The notes: a model not told the origin generated them from the letters alone. DNA of 64,000 bases from an uncultured Candidatus Rokubacteria bacterium (GCA_963708025.1 CAVPSB010000018.1:192001-256000), one strand, 5' to 3'; shown: positions 55,000 to 64,000, counted from the first letter of the stretch. Program-made: numbers and translations.

Positions 55000-56439
55000 T
55001 CATACCACCGGCCGGGCCAGCACCTCCGGCGCGACCTTGCGCCGGACCCAGCGGCCGTCGGACACGCTTCCCTGGAGCTTGCCGTCCTGGACGATCACCT
55101 TGCCCCGCAGGATCGTGGTGATCGGGTACCCGCGGCAGGTGAAGCCCTCCCAGATGCTGTAGTCGGCGTCGGAGTGCAAGTCGCTGAGCGCGAGCGTCTT
55201 CGTCACGTCCGGGTCCAGCACGACCAGGTCGGCGTCGCTCCCCGGCGCGATGACACCTTTCTGCGGGTACAGGCCGAGGATGCGGGCGGCGTTGGTCGCG
55301 GTGATGGCGGCGAAGCGCGGGAGCGACATCTTCCGCTCCACCACGAACTTGGTGAAGGCGACGGGGACGCGCGTCTCGATGCCGTTGTGCCCGCCGCACA
55401 CGGTGTGGATGGTGTTCCCCCAGAGCTTCACATCCTTGTGCACCGTGAAGTCGTCGGTGGCGGTGGTGCAGAGCCGGCCGTCCAGCAACCCCGCGATCAG
55501 CGCGTCGCGGTCCTCGGGGTACTTGAGGGCGGGGTAGGTGTGGACGGCCGTGCCGCCGGGCCGCTTGTAGTCCTCGCAGGTGAACTGGAGGTAGTTGTGC
55601 AGCGCCTCTCCGTACACGGGCTGCCCTTGCTGCCGGGCCTCCGCGATGGCGACCACGCCCTCCTTGGCGGTGGTGTGGACGAAGTAGACGCCGACGCCGG
55701 TGTGCCGGGCCAGCCGGATGATCTTGCGGAAGGCCAGGTCCTCGGAGAGGTTGTTGTGCACCAGGTGGAGGTTCTCCCCGCCGGTCCGGCCCTCGGCGGA
55801 GAGCTTCTCGGTCATGTAACTGACGACGTCGTCCTCCTCGGCGTGCACGGCCATGATCCCGCCGTGCTTGGCCACCTCGGCGAAGACGGCCCACAGGTGA
55901 CCGTAGGGAATGCGCAGCTCCGAGAAGGTGGTGAAGATCTTGAAGCTGGCGATCCCCTCCTGGATCGCCTCCCCGAGCTGGCCGATGGTTCCCGGCGCAA
56001 CCCGGCCGGCCAGCACGTAGTGGAAGGCGAAGTCGGTGTAGCAGTGGCCGCGGAAGACCTCCCGGCGCGTCTCCACCTTCTCCATGATGGACCGGGTGTC
56101 GGGTCGTTCCTGGGGCGTGAGGATCAGGTCGCCGGCGAAGTCGATGACCGTCGTGACCCCGCCGAAGGCGGCCGCCCGGGTGGCGGCCTCCGGGGGCTGC
56201 GACATCATCTCCGGGCGCCCACCCCAGGTCTCGGGGACCGGGATCTGGATGTGCGTGTGGGGCTCGATGCCGCCCGGGAGGACGATCTTGCCCTGCGCGT
56301 CCACGACTCGAGCGGCATCCCGGGGCAGGGTGCCCGGCCACGCTACCGCGACGATCTTCCCGTCCTGGACGCCGACGTCCCGCACGCCGACGTCGTCCGG
56401 GGTGACGACCAGCCCGTTGCGCACCAGCAGGTCCAACAT
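55000..56439 (-). CDS. Cyclic amidohydrolase (dihydropyrimidinase/hydantoinase-like), paralogue 1
   Basis: PGGIEPHTH, AAAFGGVTT, SFKIF, VHAE, FVHTT, ATD, KGVIAPGSDADL; ATG 56439. Confidence 0.88.
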   Translation of the reverse strand: MLDLLVRNGLVVTPDDVGVRDVGVQDGKIVAVAWPGTLPRDAARVVDAQGKIVLPGGIEPHTHIQIPVPETWGGRPEMMSQPPEAATRAAAFGGVTTVIDFAGDLILTPQERPDTRSIMEKVETRREVFRGHCYTDFAFHYVLAGRVAPGTIGQLGEAIQEGIASFKIFTTFSELRIPYGHLWAVFAEVAKHGGIMAVHAEEDDVVSYMTEKLSAEGRTGGENLHLVHNNLSEDLAFRKIIRLARHTGVGVYFVHTTAKEGVVAIAEARQQGQPVYGEALHNYLQFTCEDYKRPGGTAVHTYPALKYPEDRDALIAGLLDGRLCTTATDDFTVHKDVKLWGNTIHTVCGGHNGIETRVPVAFTKFVVERKMSLPRFAAITATNAARILGLYPQKGVIAPGSDADLVVLDPDVTKTLALSDLHSDADYSIWEGFTCRGYPITTILRGKVIVQDGKLQGSVSDGRWVRRKVAPEVLARPVV

Positions 56440-56634
56440 CAGGCACCTCCGCGACGCCGCGGCAAGACGGACGAGGACTTCCGGGCCGCCCCGAGCGTAG
56501 CGAAACCGCGGGGCGGGCGCAACAGGCAGGCCTGGCCGGCCGGCCCGGCCGCATCGCGGCTTGCCCTGCCGGTCCTCGCCGTGCGACAACTGAGGCGGGA
56601 GCCGGAGACCACGGCAGCCAGGAGGGTGAGCGGG

Positions 56635-58956
56635 ATGGCTCGCGAACTGCGCTCGCACACGTCACACTGGGGCGCCTTCCAGGCGGAGGTCGAGGCCGGC
56701 GCGGTCGTCGCCGTACACCCCTGGCCAGGCGATCCCGACCCTTCGCCGCTGCTCGGCAACATCCCCGGCAGCCTGCGCCACCCGGCCCGGATCGCCCGGC
56801 CGATGGTCCGGTCCGGCTGGCTCGACCGCGGCCCCGGCCCCGACGGACGGCGGGGAGCCGAGCCGTTCGTGCCGGTGAGCTGGGCGACGGCGATCGAGCT
56901 CCTGGCGCGCGAGCTGCGGCGCGTCTACCGCGACCACGGGGCGGAGGCCGTCTACGGGGGCTCGTACGGCTGGGCCAGCGCCGGACGCTTCCACCACGCG
57001 CAGAGCCAGCTCCACCGCTTCCTCAACGGCCTGGGCGGCTACGTGCGGTCGATGCACACCTACAGCAACGGGGCGCTGACCGTCATCATGCCGCGGGTGA
57101 TGGGATCCGTCCGTGACTACCTCGATCGCGCCACCGCGTGGTCGGTGATCGAGCGGCATACCGAGCTGTTCGTCTGCTTCGGGGGCCTCCCCCTCAAGAA
57201 CACGATGGTGAGCCCGGGCGGCGCCAGCCGGCACCCGATGCGGGACCACCTGCGCGCGGCGAAGGCTCGGGGGACGGACTTTGTGTTGATCAGCCCTCTC
57301 CGCGACGACGTGCCGGAGTTCGTCGGGGCCGAGTGGCTCCCGGTCGTGCCGGGCTCCGACGTCGCGCTGATGCTGGCCCTGGCCCACACGCTCGTGGACG
57401 AGGGCCTCCACGACCGCGCGTTCCTCGAGCGGTACTGCGTCGGCTTCGACCGCTTCGAGGGGTACCTCCGCGGCGCGGGGGACGGCCAGGCGAAGACCCC
57501 CGAGTGGGCCGAGCGGCTCTCCGGGATCGCCGCCGGCACGATCCGGTCGCTGGCCCGGCGGATGGCCGCCCGGCGGACGCTCGTCAACGTGAACTACTCG
57601 CTCCAGCGCGTCGAGCACGGCGAGCAGGCGCCGTGGATGGCCGTGACGCTCGCGGCGATGCTCGGCCAGATCGGGCTCCCCGGCGGCGGCTTCGGCCAGG
57701 GCTACGGCTCGCTGGGCTACGTGGGGCGGCCGCCGCTCCGCGTCGGTCCGCCGGCCTTGCCCCAGGGACGGAATCCGGTCAACGCGTTCATCCCCGTGGC
57801 CCGGGTGGCCGACATGCTGCTGCATCCCGGCGAGCCGTTCGACTTCGACGGGCAGCGGCTGGTCTATCCCGAGATCCGCCTCGTCTACTGGTGCGGGGGG
57901 AACCCCTTCCACCACCACCAGGACCTCGGGCGCTTCCGCCGCGCCCTCGCCCGGCCGGACACGATCGTCGTCCACGACCCGTTCTGGACGCCGATGGCCC
58001 GGCACGCGGACGTCGTGTTGCCGGCCACGGTGACTCTGGAGCGGAACGACATCGGCGGGTCACCGAACGACCCCGCTCTCGTCGCGATGCACCGGGCGGT
58101 CGAGCCCTACGGCGAAGCCCGCCACGATTACGACATCTTCGCCGACCTCGCCGCCGCGCTCGGGATCGGCGAGGCTTTCACCGAGGGCCGGGACGAGACG
58201 GCGTGGCTCCGGCACCTCTACGACACGTGGCGCGCCCGGGTGGCGGAGCGCGGGGGGCTGCCCGTGCCCGCCTTCGACGAGTTCTGGGCGGCCGGTCTCC
58301 TGGAGGTGCCCGACGTCGACGCCGACCTGGTGGTGCTCTCGGAGTTCCGGGCCGACCCGGACGAGGCGCCGCTCGCCACCCCGAGCGGCCGGATCGAGAT
58401 CTTCTCGGCCACCATCGACGGGTTCGGCTACAAGGACTGCCCCGGCCACCCGAGCTGGCTCGAGCCCACCGAGTGGCTCGGCGCGCCGCTGGCCGAGCGC
58501 TACCCGCTGCACCTCATCGCGAACAACCCGACGACGCGGCTCCACAGCCAGCTCGACGTCGGGGCGTTCAGCCAGGCCGCCAAGGTGCAGGGGCGCGAGC
58601 CGATCCGCATCCACCCGGCCGACGCCGGCCGGCGCGCGATCCGGAGCGGGGACGTCGTGCGCGTGTTCAACGACCGGGGGAGCTGCCTCGCCGGCGCCGT
58701 CGTCACCGACGCGGTGCGCCCGGGCGTGGTGCAGCTCGCCACCGGGGCCTGGTACGACCCGCTCGACCCGGCCGACCCCGACGCGATGTGCGTCCACGGT
58801 AACCCGAACGTGCTCACCTTCGACCGGGGCACCTCGAGCCTCGCCCAGGGGTGCTCGGGCCAGCACGCCCTCGTCCAGGTCGAGCGGTGGACCGGGCCGC
58901 TGCCCCCGATCCGCGCCTACGCGCCGCCGCCGGTGGAGGAGCGCCCGGGCCTGTAG
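56635..58956 (+). CDS. Mo-bisPGD oxidoreductase of the DMSO/TMAO/biotin-sulfoxide reductase clade, no Tat signal
   Basis: SHWGAF, GSYGWASAGRFHHA, TYS (Ser ligand), GGNPFHHHQD, RLHSQ, GNPNVLT; no N-terminal Fe-S motif or twin-Arg. Confidence 0.92.
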   Translation: MARELRSHTSHWGAFQAEVEAGAVVAVHPWPGDPDPSPLLGNIPGSLRHPARIARPMVRSGWLDRGPGPDGRRGAEPFVPVSWATAIELLARELRRVYRDHGAEAVYGGSYGWASAGRFHHAQSQLHRFLNGLGGYVRSMHTYSNGALTVIMPRVMGSVRDYLDRATAWSVIERHTELFVCFGGLPLKNTMVSPGGASRHPMRDHLRAAKARGTDFVLISPLRDDVPEFVGAEWLPVVPGSDVALMLALAHTLVDEGLHDRAFLERYCVGFDRFEGYLRGAGDGQAKTPEWAERLSGIAAGTIRSLARRMAARRTLVNVNYSLQRVEHGEQAPWMAVTLAAMLGQIGLPGGGFGQGYGSLGYVGRPPLRVGPPALPQGRNPVNAFIPVARVADMLLHPGEPFDFDGQRLVYPEIRLVYWCGGNPFHHHQDLGRFRRALARPDTIVVHDPFWTPMARHADVVLPATVTLERNDIGGSPNDPALVAMHRAVEPYGEARHDYDIFADLAAALGIGEAFTEGRDETAWLRHLYDTWRARVAERGGLPVPAFDEFWAAGLLEVPDVDADLVVLSEFRADPDEAPLATPSGRIEIFSATIDGFGYKDCPGHPSWLEPTEWLGAPLAERYPLHLIANNPTTRLHSQLDVGAFSQAAKVQGREPIRIHPADAGRRAIRSGDVVRVFNDRGSCLAGAVVTDAVRPGVVQLATGAWYDPLDPADPDAMCVHGNPNVLTFDRGTSSLAQGCSGQHALVQVERWTGPLPPIRAYAPPPVEERPGL

Positions 58957-59067
58957 CGCCGGGGACCACCCGCCGGCCGACCGAGCGCGCCGAGCCTGCT
59001 GTTGGTTCGGCGACCAGGCCCGTCAGAGGGTGCTGTATTCGCTGTTCAGGGTTGGAAGCGCCCGCGT

Positions 59068-59328
59068 TCACGCCAGTGGCTCGATCTTCCCGGGCGGCTC
59101 GAGCCGGCTCGCCCTTTCCCACGCCTGCAATAGCTCACGCTGATGGAGGGAGGCCCATTCAGTGACCATTCCGAGCGCCCGGCCCGGCAGCCTACCACCG
59201 ATGATCGCCAAGGTGTTCATGTTGATCAGAAGCTCGTACTCGCCGTACTCCGCATGGAAGTGGGGCGGATTGTGGTCGTCGTAGAAGATCTTGATGACGA
59301 TGCCGTAGAAGCGACTAACCTCAGGCAT
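59068..59328 (-). CDS. DUF4160-family protein (putative TA component)
   Basis: MPEVSRFYGIVI..DHNPPHFHAEYG..EWASLHQ..KIEPL. Confidence 0.88.
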   Translation of the reverse strand: MPEVSRFYGIVIKIFYDDHNPPHFHAEYGEYELLINMNTLAIIGGRLPGRALGMVTEWASLHQRELLQAWERASRLEPPGKIEPLA

Positions 59329-59605
59329 TCGGGCTCATCGGGCCGGGCCCCACAAACACCTCCTCGGGTCGCTTGCCCGTCAGGCGGAGGTAGATGGCGT
59401 CCGGGCACAGGTCAACGTCGCCTGGCCATTCGATCGCGCCATGCGGGCCAAGCCTGACCTTGGCAAACACGCCTTCGTGGTCCCACACGGAGAAGACTCC
59501 TTTGCCCGCCAAGTGGGACAGGTCTACCTCGCCCTGTGTCCCGTCCTGATAGCGTAGCCAGATTCGATAGGGTCCAAGCGCCCGAACCTCAAGAGGCCGA
59601 ATCAT
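59321..59605 (-). CDS. DUF2442-family protein (putative TA component)
   Basis: YRIWLRYQDG..GEVDL..GVF..IEWPGDVDLCPDAIY. Confidence 0.88.
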   Translation of the reverse strand: MIRPLEVRALGPYRIWLRYQDGTQGEVDLSHLAGKGVFSVWDHEGVFAKVRLGPHGAIEWPGDVDLCPDAIYLRLTGKRPEEVFVGPGPMSPNA

Positions 59606-59794
59606 GTCAACACCGACCTTGTTGTTCTCACTTGACTCGCTTGTTCTCGCGACGAAAGCCCGCCGTGCTTGGGGTGTTAGCCTGATCGTAGACTATCACG
59701 ACGTTAGCGAGGCCCGGTCCCCTGCCTGTGCCTCCGAGTCGCGCCTACGAGCCGCCCGCCGATGGAGCAACGGCCGGTCGTGTAGCGACGGCCG

Positions 59795-61228
59795 TCAGCA
59801 GGCCGGGCGCTCGAGGATGGCCCGGTCGATCTTCCGGGGGACGAGGCGGCCGCCGCGGGCATCTCCGGTGAGGCGGCCGCGCTCGGCGATCACCCGGCCG
59901 CGGAGGACGGTGACGACCGGCCAGCCGGCGACCTCCCAGCCCTCCCACGGGCTGTAGTCGCTGACGTGGAAGTCCTCCCGGGTCAGGATCTTCCGCACCG
60001 ACGGGTCGAGCAGCGCGAGGTCGGCGTCGCTCCCGGGCGCGATCACGCCCTTCCGCGGGTAGAGGCCGAAGATCCGCGCGGCGTTGGTCGCGGTGACCGC
60101 CGCGAAGCGCTCGAGCGACATCCCGCGCTTGACCACGCCCTCGGTGTACCCGATCCCCAGCCGCGCCTCGGCGCCGACGTTGCCGCCCGTCACGTCCTCG
60201 ATGGTCCGGCCGCGCAGCTTGACGGCGAGCGGCGTGGGGTACTCGTCGGTGGCCAGCGTCGAGACGCCGTCCTCGACCAGGCCCCGCCAGAGCGCCTCGC
60301 GGTCCTCGGGCAGCTTGAGCGAGGGGTAGGTGTGGGCGCAGAGCCCGCGCGGGGCCTTGTAGTGCTCGGCGTCGAAGCACGCGTACTGGTGGAGGGTCTC
60401 GGCGTACACGGGCTGGCCCGTCGCCCGCGCCTGGGTGACCTCTGCCACGCCCTCCCGGGCCGAGGTGTGGACGAAGTACAGCCCGGCGCCGGTGGCGCGG
60501 GCGAGCCCGATCGCCCGGCGGAAGGCGAGCTGCTCGGAGAGCTTCGTGTGGACGAGGTGCATGTTCGCCGCGTCCATCCGCCCCTCGGCCCGGAAGCGCT
60601 CGTAGTTGCACTGGACCAGCTCGTCGTCCTCGCCGTGGACGACCATGATCCCGCCGTGACGGGCGACCTGCTCCATGGCCAGCTGGATCCGGCCGAAGTC
60701 GAGCCGGAACGGCGCGCGCTTCGGGTGCGGCGGCAGGACGTCGGTCGTGAACACCTTGAAGCTCGGGAAGCCCTGCTGGATGGCCTCGGGGATCTGGTCG
60801 AAGACGCGGAGCGGGAGCGCGCCGCAGAGGGTGACGTGGAAGGCGTAGTCCACGTGCGAGTTCCCCGCCCAGCGGGCCTGGCGCTGCTCGATCGCCTCGG
60901 CGATCTCCGTCCCCGGCCGCACGAAGCAGAAGTCGATGTGGGTCGTCGTCCCGCCGCACGCCATGCCGACGGTGTCGTCCTCGGGACCGAGGGTCAGGCC
61001 CGGCTCGTCGGGCACCGTGCGGATCGCGTGGGCCAGGTGGGTGTGGGGCTCCACCCCACCCGGCACGACGATCAGGCCCGCCGCGTCCAGGACCCGGGCG
61101 CCCTCGGCCGGCAGCGTGCCGGCGGCAGCGACGGCGGCGATGCGCTCGCCCACGACGCCGACGTCCCACTGCCCGGCGCCCTGCGGCGTGACCACCGTGC
61201 CGCCGCGGATCAGGAGATCCAGCGCCAT
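59795..61228 (-). CDS. Cyclic amidohydrolase (dihydropyrimidinase/hydantoinase-like), paralogue 2
   Basis: PGGVEPHTH, GGTTTHIDF, SFKVF, VHGE, FVHTS, ATDE, KGVIAPGSDADL; ATG 61228. Confidence 0.88.
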   Translation of the reverse strand: MALDLLIRGGTVVTPQGAGQWDVGVVGERIAAVAAAGTLPAEGARVLDAAGLIVVPGGVEPHTHLAHAIRTVPDEPGLTLGPEDDTVGMACGGTTTHIDFCFVRPGTEIAEAIEQRQARWAGNSHVDYAFHVTLCGALPLRVFDQIPEAIQQGFPSFKVFTTDVLPPHPKRAPFRLDFGRIQLAMEQVARHGGIMVVHGEDDELVQCNYERFRAEGRMDAANMHLVHTKLSEQLAFRRAIGLARATGAGLYFVHTSAREGVAEVTQARATGQPVYAETLHQYACFDAEHYKAPRGLCAHTYPSLKLPEDREALWRGLVEDGVSTLATDEYPTPLAVKLRGRTIEDVTGGNVGAEARLGIGYTEGVVKRGMSLERFAAVTATNAARIFGLYPRKGVIAPGSDADLALLDPSVRKILTREDFHVSDYSPWEGWEVAGWPVVTVLRGRVIAERGRLTGDARGGRLVPRKIDRAILERPAC

Positions 61229-61235
61229 CGTGCCG

Positions 61236-61565
61236 TTACGGTGCGAACATCTCGCCGAGGACGGCCAAGACCCGCTGGGCGGTCGGCTCGTCGATGCGGC
61301 CGAGTCGCTGCCCGAGCCGGCTCTTGTCCACGGTGCGGATCTGATCCAGAACGACCTGGCCTTGCTTTCGCCGAAACCTGATCGGCACCCGGGTGGGATA
61401 GGCCTGGCCACCGGTGGTCATGGGCGCGACGATCACCGTCCCGATCTGGCGGTTCATCTCATCCGGCGACACGACGACACAGGGTCGGGTCTTCCGAATC
61501 TCGTGCCCCTCGGTGGGGTCGAGGCGCATCAGGTGAACTTCGAAGCGGGACGCTACCACGTCCAC
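61236..61565 (-). CDS. mazF: PemK/MazF-family toxin
   Basis: LDPTEGHEIRKTRPCVVVS, APMTT, LDQIRTVDKSRL; start overlaps the antitoxin stop. Confidence 0.93.
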   Translation of the reverse strand: MDVVASRFEVHLMRLDPTEGHEIRKTRPCVVVSPDEMNRQIGTVIVAPMTTGGQAYPTRVPIRFRRKQGQVVLDQIRTVDKSRLGQRLGRIDEPTAQRVLAVLGEMFAP

Positions 61566-61807
61566 TCGGTCTCGTCCCACCGAGTCGATGGCAGCGAGTC
61601 TCCATCGAGGAGCACGTCGTCCCCCCGCTGAGCCATCTGCTTGAACGCCTCTTCCCAGCCGCTTCTCGGCTTGGCGGCAGATCGGACGATCAGCTCACCG
61701 CGGCGGACCTCGAGCTCCACCACGCTGCCGAGCCCACACTGCTCCAGGACCGTCTTCGGGATGCGGATACCCCGCGAGTTTCCGATGCGAACCACGCTCG
61801 CTTTCAT
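61553..61807 (-). CDS. mazE: AbrB/MazE-family antitoxin
   Basis: RIGNSRGIRIPK..RSGWEEAF..WDETEWTW. Confidence 0.93.
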   Translation of the reverse strand: MKASVVRIGNSRGIRIPKTVLEQCGLGSVVELEVRRGELIVRSAAKPRSGWEEAFKQMAQRGDDVLLDGDSLPSTRWDETEWTW

Positions 61808-61829
61808 GCTCCGTAGGCCCTCTCTTCCG

Positions 61830-61872
61830 GAGTAATTACCGAGTAATTACGCGACACGGAGCGCGTTGTCAA
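61830..61872 (-). promoter_or_regulatory. mazEF promoter with a tandem palindromic operator
   Basis: TTGACA on the minus strand at 61867-61872, 17 nt from TAATTA; two GAGTAATTAC copies at 61830-61839 and 61841-61850. Confidence 0.65.
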
Positions 61873-62096
61873 GCAGCGTGCCAGCGTTGCGCGAAAAATC
61901 AGCCGCCGGGAGCGTCTGACCGTCCTCCGAGGCTGAGGACCCCGGACACGGATCGATTTGGTCTCTGGCGTATCCTGCCGCGCACGTGGTCCGACCTCAC
62001 GTCGTCAGAAACTTCGGCCATTTTCTATCGCACCACGTGGCCCGAGGATTGCTACCCGTCACGAGTGTCCCAATTCTCCAACACGAGGAGGCCGAC

Positions 62097-62442
62097 ATGA
62101 GAGGACGGGTTCTGACATGGCTGGTGGCGGGCGTGGTGCTCCTGAGCGTCGGGGTGGCGATGGCCGCGCCGCCCGGCGCCGCCCCGGGCGGCGGCCGGCG
62201 GTCCGGCGGGGGACGGCCTGCGGCTGATGCGCGGGGAGGTGACGAAGGTCAGCGAGGCCAAGGGGACGCTGATGCTCAAGACCGCCGAGGGCGACCTGGA
62301 ACTTCAGCTCCCACCGAGCGCGGTCAAGGGCATCAAGAAGGGCGACCACCTGACGGTGCGGATCGGGGTGCGCTCGGCCGACGGCGGGGGCCAGCGTCAC
62401 GCGGGGCCGGGCGGGGGTTCCTCGAGCACCAAGTCGCCCTAG
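62097..62442 (+). pseudogene. Small exported beta-barrel (OB-fold-like) protein split by a frameshift
   Basis: GAGGAGG and ATG 62097 encode a signal peptide in one frame. The domain GEVTKVSEAKGTLMLKT..IKKGDHLTV lies in the +1 frame. G5 run at 62208-62212. Confidence 0.6.
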
Positions 62443-62449
62443 CGGCCGT

Positions 62450-62480
62450 GATGGGGGGCCGGGCCGCCTGGCCCCCCATC
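62450..62480. terminator. Hairpin between convergent genes
   Basis: GATGGGGGGCC...GGCCCCCCATC 11-bp stem. Confidence 0.5.
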
Positions 62481-62497
62481 CGCCGACCGGCCGATCG

Positions 62498-62953
62498 TCA
62501 GGCCCAGAAGGCCTCGACGGTGGCGGCGTCGTCGGGGTGGAACCAGGCCTCGGTCACGCGGCCGTCCCGGACGTGGTAGACCGCCACCTCGCGACCGGTC
62601 AGTCGCCGGCCGCCGCGCTCGGCCGACCAGTTGACCAGCGCTACCGCGTGGGCGTCGTTGGCCAGCACGTCGTGGAGCTCGAGCCGGCCGGTCCGCGTCC
62701 GCCTCACGGCGGGCACTCGCCTGACGGTCGCCGGACGCGGACGGAAGATCGATGTGCCGCCGGTGAGCGCCATCGCCTGGGTGTGCATGCCCAGGACGGC
62801 GTCGGCGCCACGGAGCCGACCGGTGTACGGCGAGTCGGGGCCCGGCTCGTGCCAGACGATGTCCGCGGCGAGCATCGCGCGCACGGTGTCGAGGTCGCCC
62901 CGCGCCCAGGCGGCGTAGAGGCGGCGAATCAGGGTCTCGCTGGGATGCGGCAT
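62498..62953 (-). CDS. SnoaL-like / NTF2-fold protein with an in-frame palindromic insertion
   Basis: RRLYAAWARGD..LAADIVWHEPG..LELHDVLAND..YHVRDGRVTEAW; extra 21-22 aa between TGGT and RLELHD. Confidence 0.85.
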   Translation of the reverse strand: MPHPSETLIRRLYAAWARGDLDTVRAMLAADIVWHEPGPDSPYTGRLRGADAVLGMHTQAMALTGGTSIFRPRPATVRRVPAVRRTRTGRLELHDVLANDAHAVALVNWSAERGGRRLTGREVAVYHVRDGRVTEAWFHPDDAATVEAFWA

Positions 62954-63011
62954 CCCCGGTATTCTAGGGCGGCCTGTCGTTCCCTCACAACCGCAACCCG
63001 GGGAGGAGCCG

Positions 63012-63533
63012 ATGCGCGTCGAGGAGAAGCTCGCCAGCCTGGGGATGCCGGTGCCGGACCTCGAGGAGGAGTATCGCAGCAACCCGGCCGGCGCCCACTT
63101 CATCTCGCACTTCGCGGTCCAGAACCTCTGCTACTTCTCGGGGACGGTGCCGCTCAAGGACGGCAAGCCGTTCCGGCCCGGGCTCGTGGGGCGGGACCTG
63201 ACGATCGCCGAGGGGGCCGAGGCGGCGCGCTACGCCTTGCTGACCAGCCTGTCCGCCGTCAAGTACGCGCTGGCGGACCTCGACCGGGTCCAGCAGGTCG
63301 TCCAGCTCATCGGCTTCGTCAACTCGGCGCCCGGCTTCTCGGATCAGCCGCGGGTCATCAACGGCGCCGCCGACCTCCTCGTCGAGCTGTACGGCGACCG
63401 GGGCAAGCCCACCCGCGCCGCCATCGGCTGTCAGGGCCTCGCGCTGAACAGCTCGGTGGAGATCATCCTGACCGTGCTCTTCTCGGGGACGGACGTCCGC
63501 CCGCCGCTGGCCCGCGACCGCCACCAGAAGTAG
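63012..63533 (+). CDS. RidA/YjgF-family protein
   Basis: FSGTVP, GFVNSAPGFSDQPRVINGAADLL, PTRAAIG (conserved Arg), SVEI. Confidence 0.9.
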   Translation: MRVEEKLASLGMPVPDLEEEYRSNPAGAHFISHFAVQNLCYFSGTVPLKDGKPFRPGLVGRDLTIAEGAEAARYALLTSLSAVKYALADLDRVQQVVQLIGFVNSAPGFSDQPRVINGAADLLVELYGDRGKPTRAAIGCQGLALNSSVEIILTVLFSGTDVRPPLARDRHQK

Positions 63534-63550
63534 CGGGCCCGGCGGCCGGC

Positions 63551-64000
63551 CTAGATCAAGCCCGCCCACCCCGCGCGGACGCGGGCGACGAGGCGGGCCC
63601 GGGCGGCGTCGTCGAGGAACGTCGCCGCCGCCGCGTGCTCGGACATCGTGGCCAGCTCGCACGGGCTGACCCCGAGGCGGGCGAGGCACAGCTCCATCTC
63701 GTCGAGCAGGTCGGTGCCGAAGAAGGTCGGGTCGTCCGAGTTCAGGGTGACCCGGACGCCGGCGTCGAGCAGGCGGCGGAGCGGGTGGGCCGCGTAGCTC
63801 GCCACGACCCCGGTGCGGACGTTGGACGTGACGCAGACCTCCAGCGGCATCCCGGTCCGGGCGAGCCGCTCCAGCAACGCCGGGTCCTCGACCGCGCGGA
63901 CCCCGTGGCCGATCCGCTCCGGGTCGAGCGTGGCGAGGGCTTCCAGGACCGATGCCGGCCCCGCCGCCTCCCCGGCGTGGACGGCGCGGTGGAAGCCCCG
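63551..64000 (-). CDS. add: Adenosine/adenine deaminase, 5' part outside the window
   Basis: VHAGEAAG, RIGHG, LEVCVTSN, HPLRRLL, TLNSDDP; the frame is open to the window end. Confidence 0.88.
   Translation of the reverse strand, partial: RGFHRAVHAGEAAGPASVLEALATLDPERIGHGVRAVEDPALLERLARTGMPLEVCVTSNVRTGVVASYAAHPLRRLLDAGVRVTLNSDDPTFFGTDLLDEMELCLARLGVSPCELATMSEHAAAATFLDDAARARLVARVRAGWAGLI

Noticed and set aside
54853-56634. Apparent N-terminal extension of the Mo oxidoreductase (1367-aa ORF)
   Set aside because: It is the antisense of amidohydrolase 1; the family N-terminus (SHWG) begins just after ATG 56635.

Overview
A high-GC bacterial chromosomal segment, densely coding with about 55 CDS; the gene style suggests Ca. 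Rokubacteria/Methylomirabilota (inference only). No rRNA, tRNA, CRISPR array, integrase or transposase was seen. From left to right it holds: a partial hypothetical gene and a Zn-dependent dehydrogenase; a GT2 plus an FAD enzyme with eukaryote-type UDP-galactopyranose mutase motifs; an archaeal-type topoisomerase VI pair (top6B/top6A) followed by a 108-bp MITE; an alkaline-phosphatase-family and an LLM-class enzyme; an 11-kb GT-C membrane glycosylation operon (two Chlor_Arch_YYY/DUF2298 genes, one frameshifted in a C7 tract, and two TIGR03663-like genes) headed by a sequon-rich lipoprotein and divergent from GT4/methyltransferase/FkbM; a helical-repeat + NYN nuclease; small Zn-finger proteins, a C39 peptidase, a hybrid kinase and an MFS transporter; DUF151 plus a degenerate AAA+ protein ending in the proteasome-docking motif GQYL; fhs; a sugar ABC + GH39 cluster; a GldAFG-like ABC + DUF4340; a Liv-type ABC with two cyclic amidohydrolases and a Mo-bisPGD oxidoreductase; two TA modules; SnoaL-like, RidA and a partial adenosine deaminase. 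Many intergenic spaces carry nested palindromic repeat families. Best leads: the candidate pseudo-ATPase proteasome regulator (35160-36113), the covarying nested structured-repeat family, the GT-C glycosylation operon with a candidate acceptor, and the solenoid-NYN nuclease.
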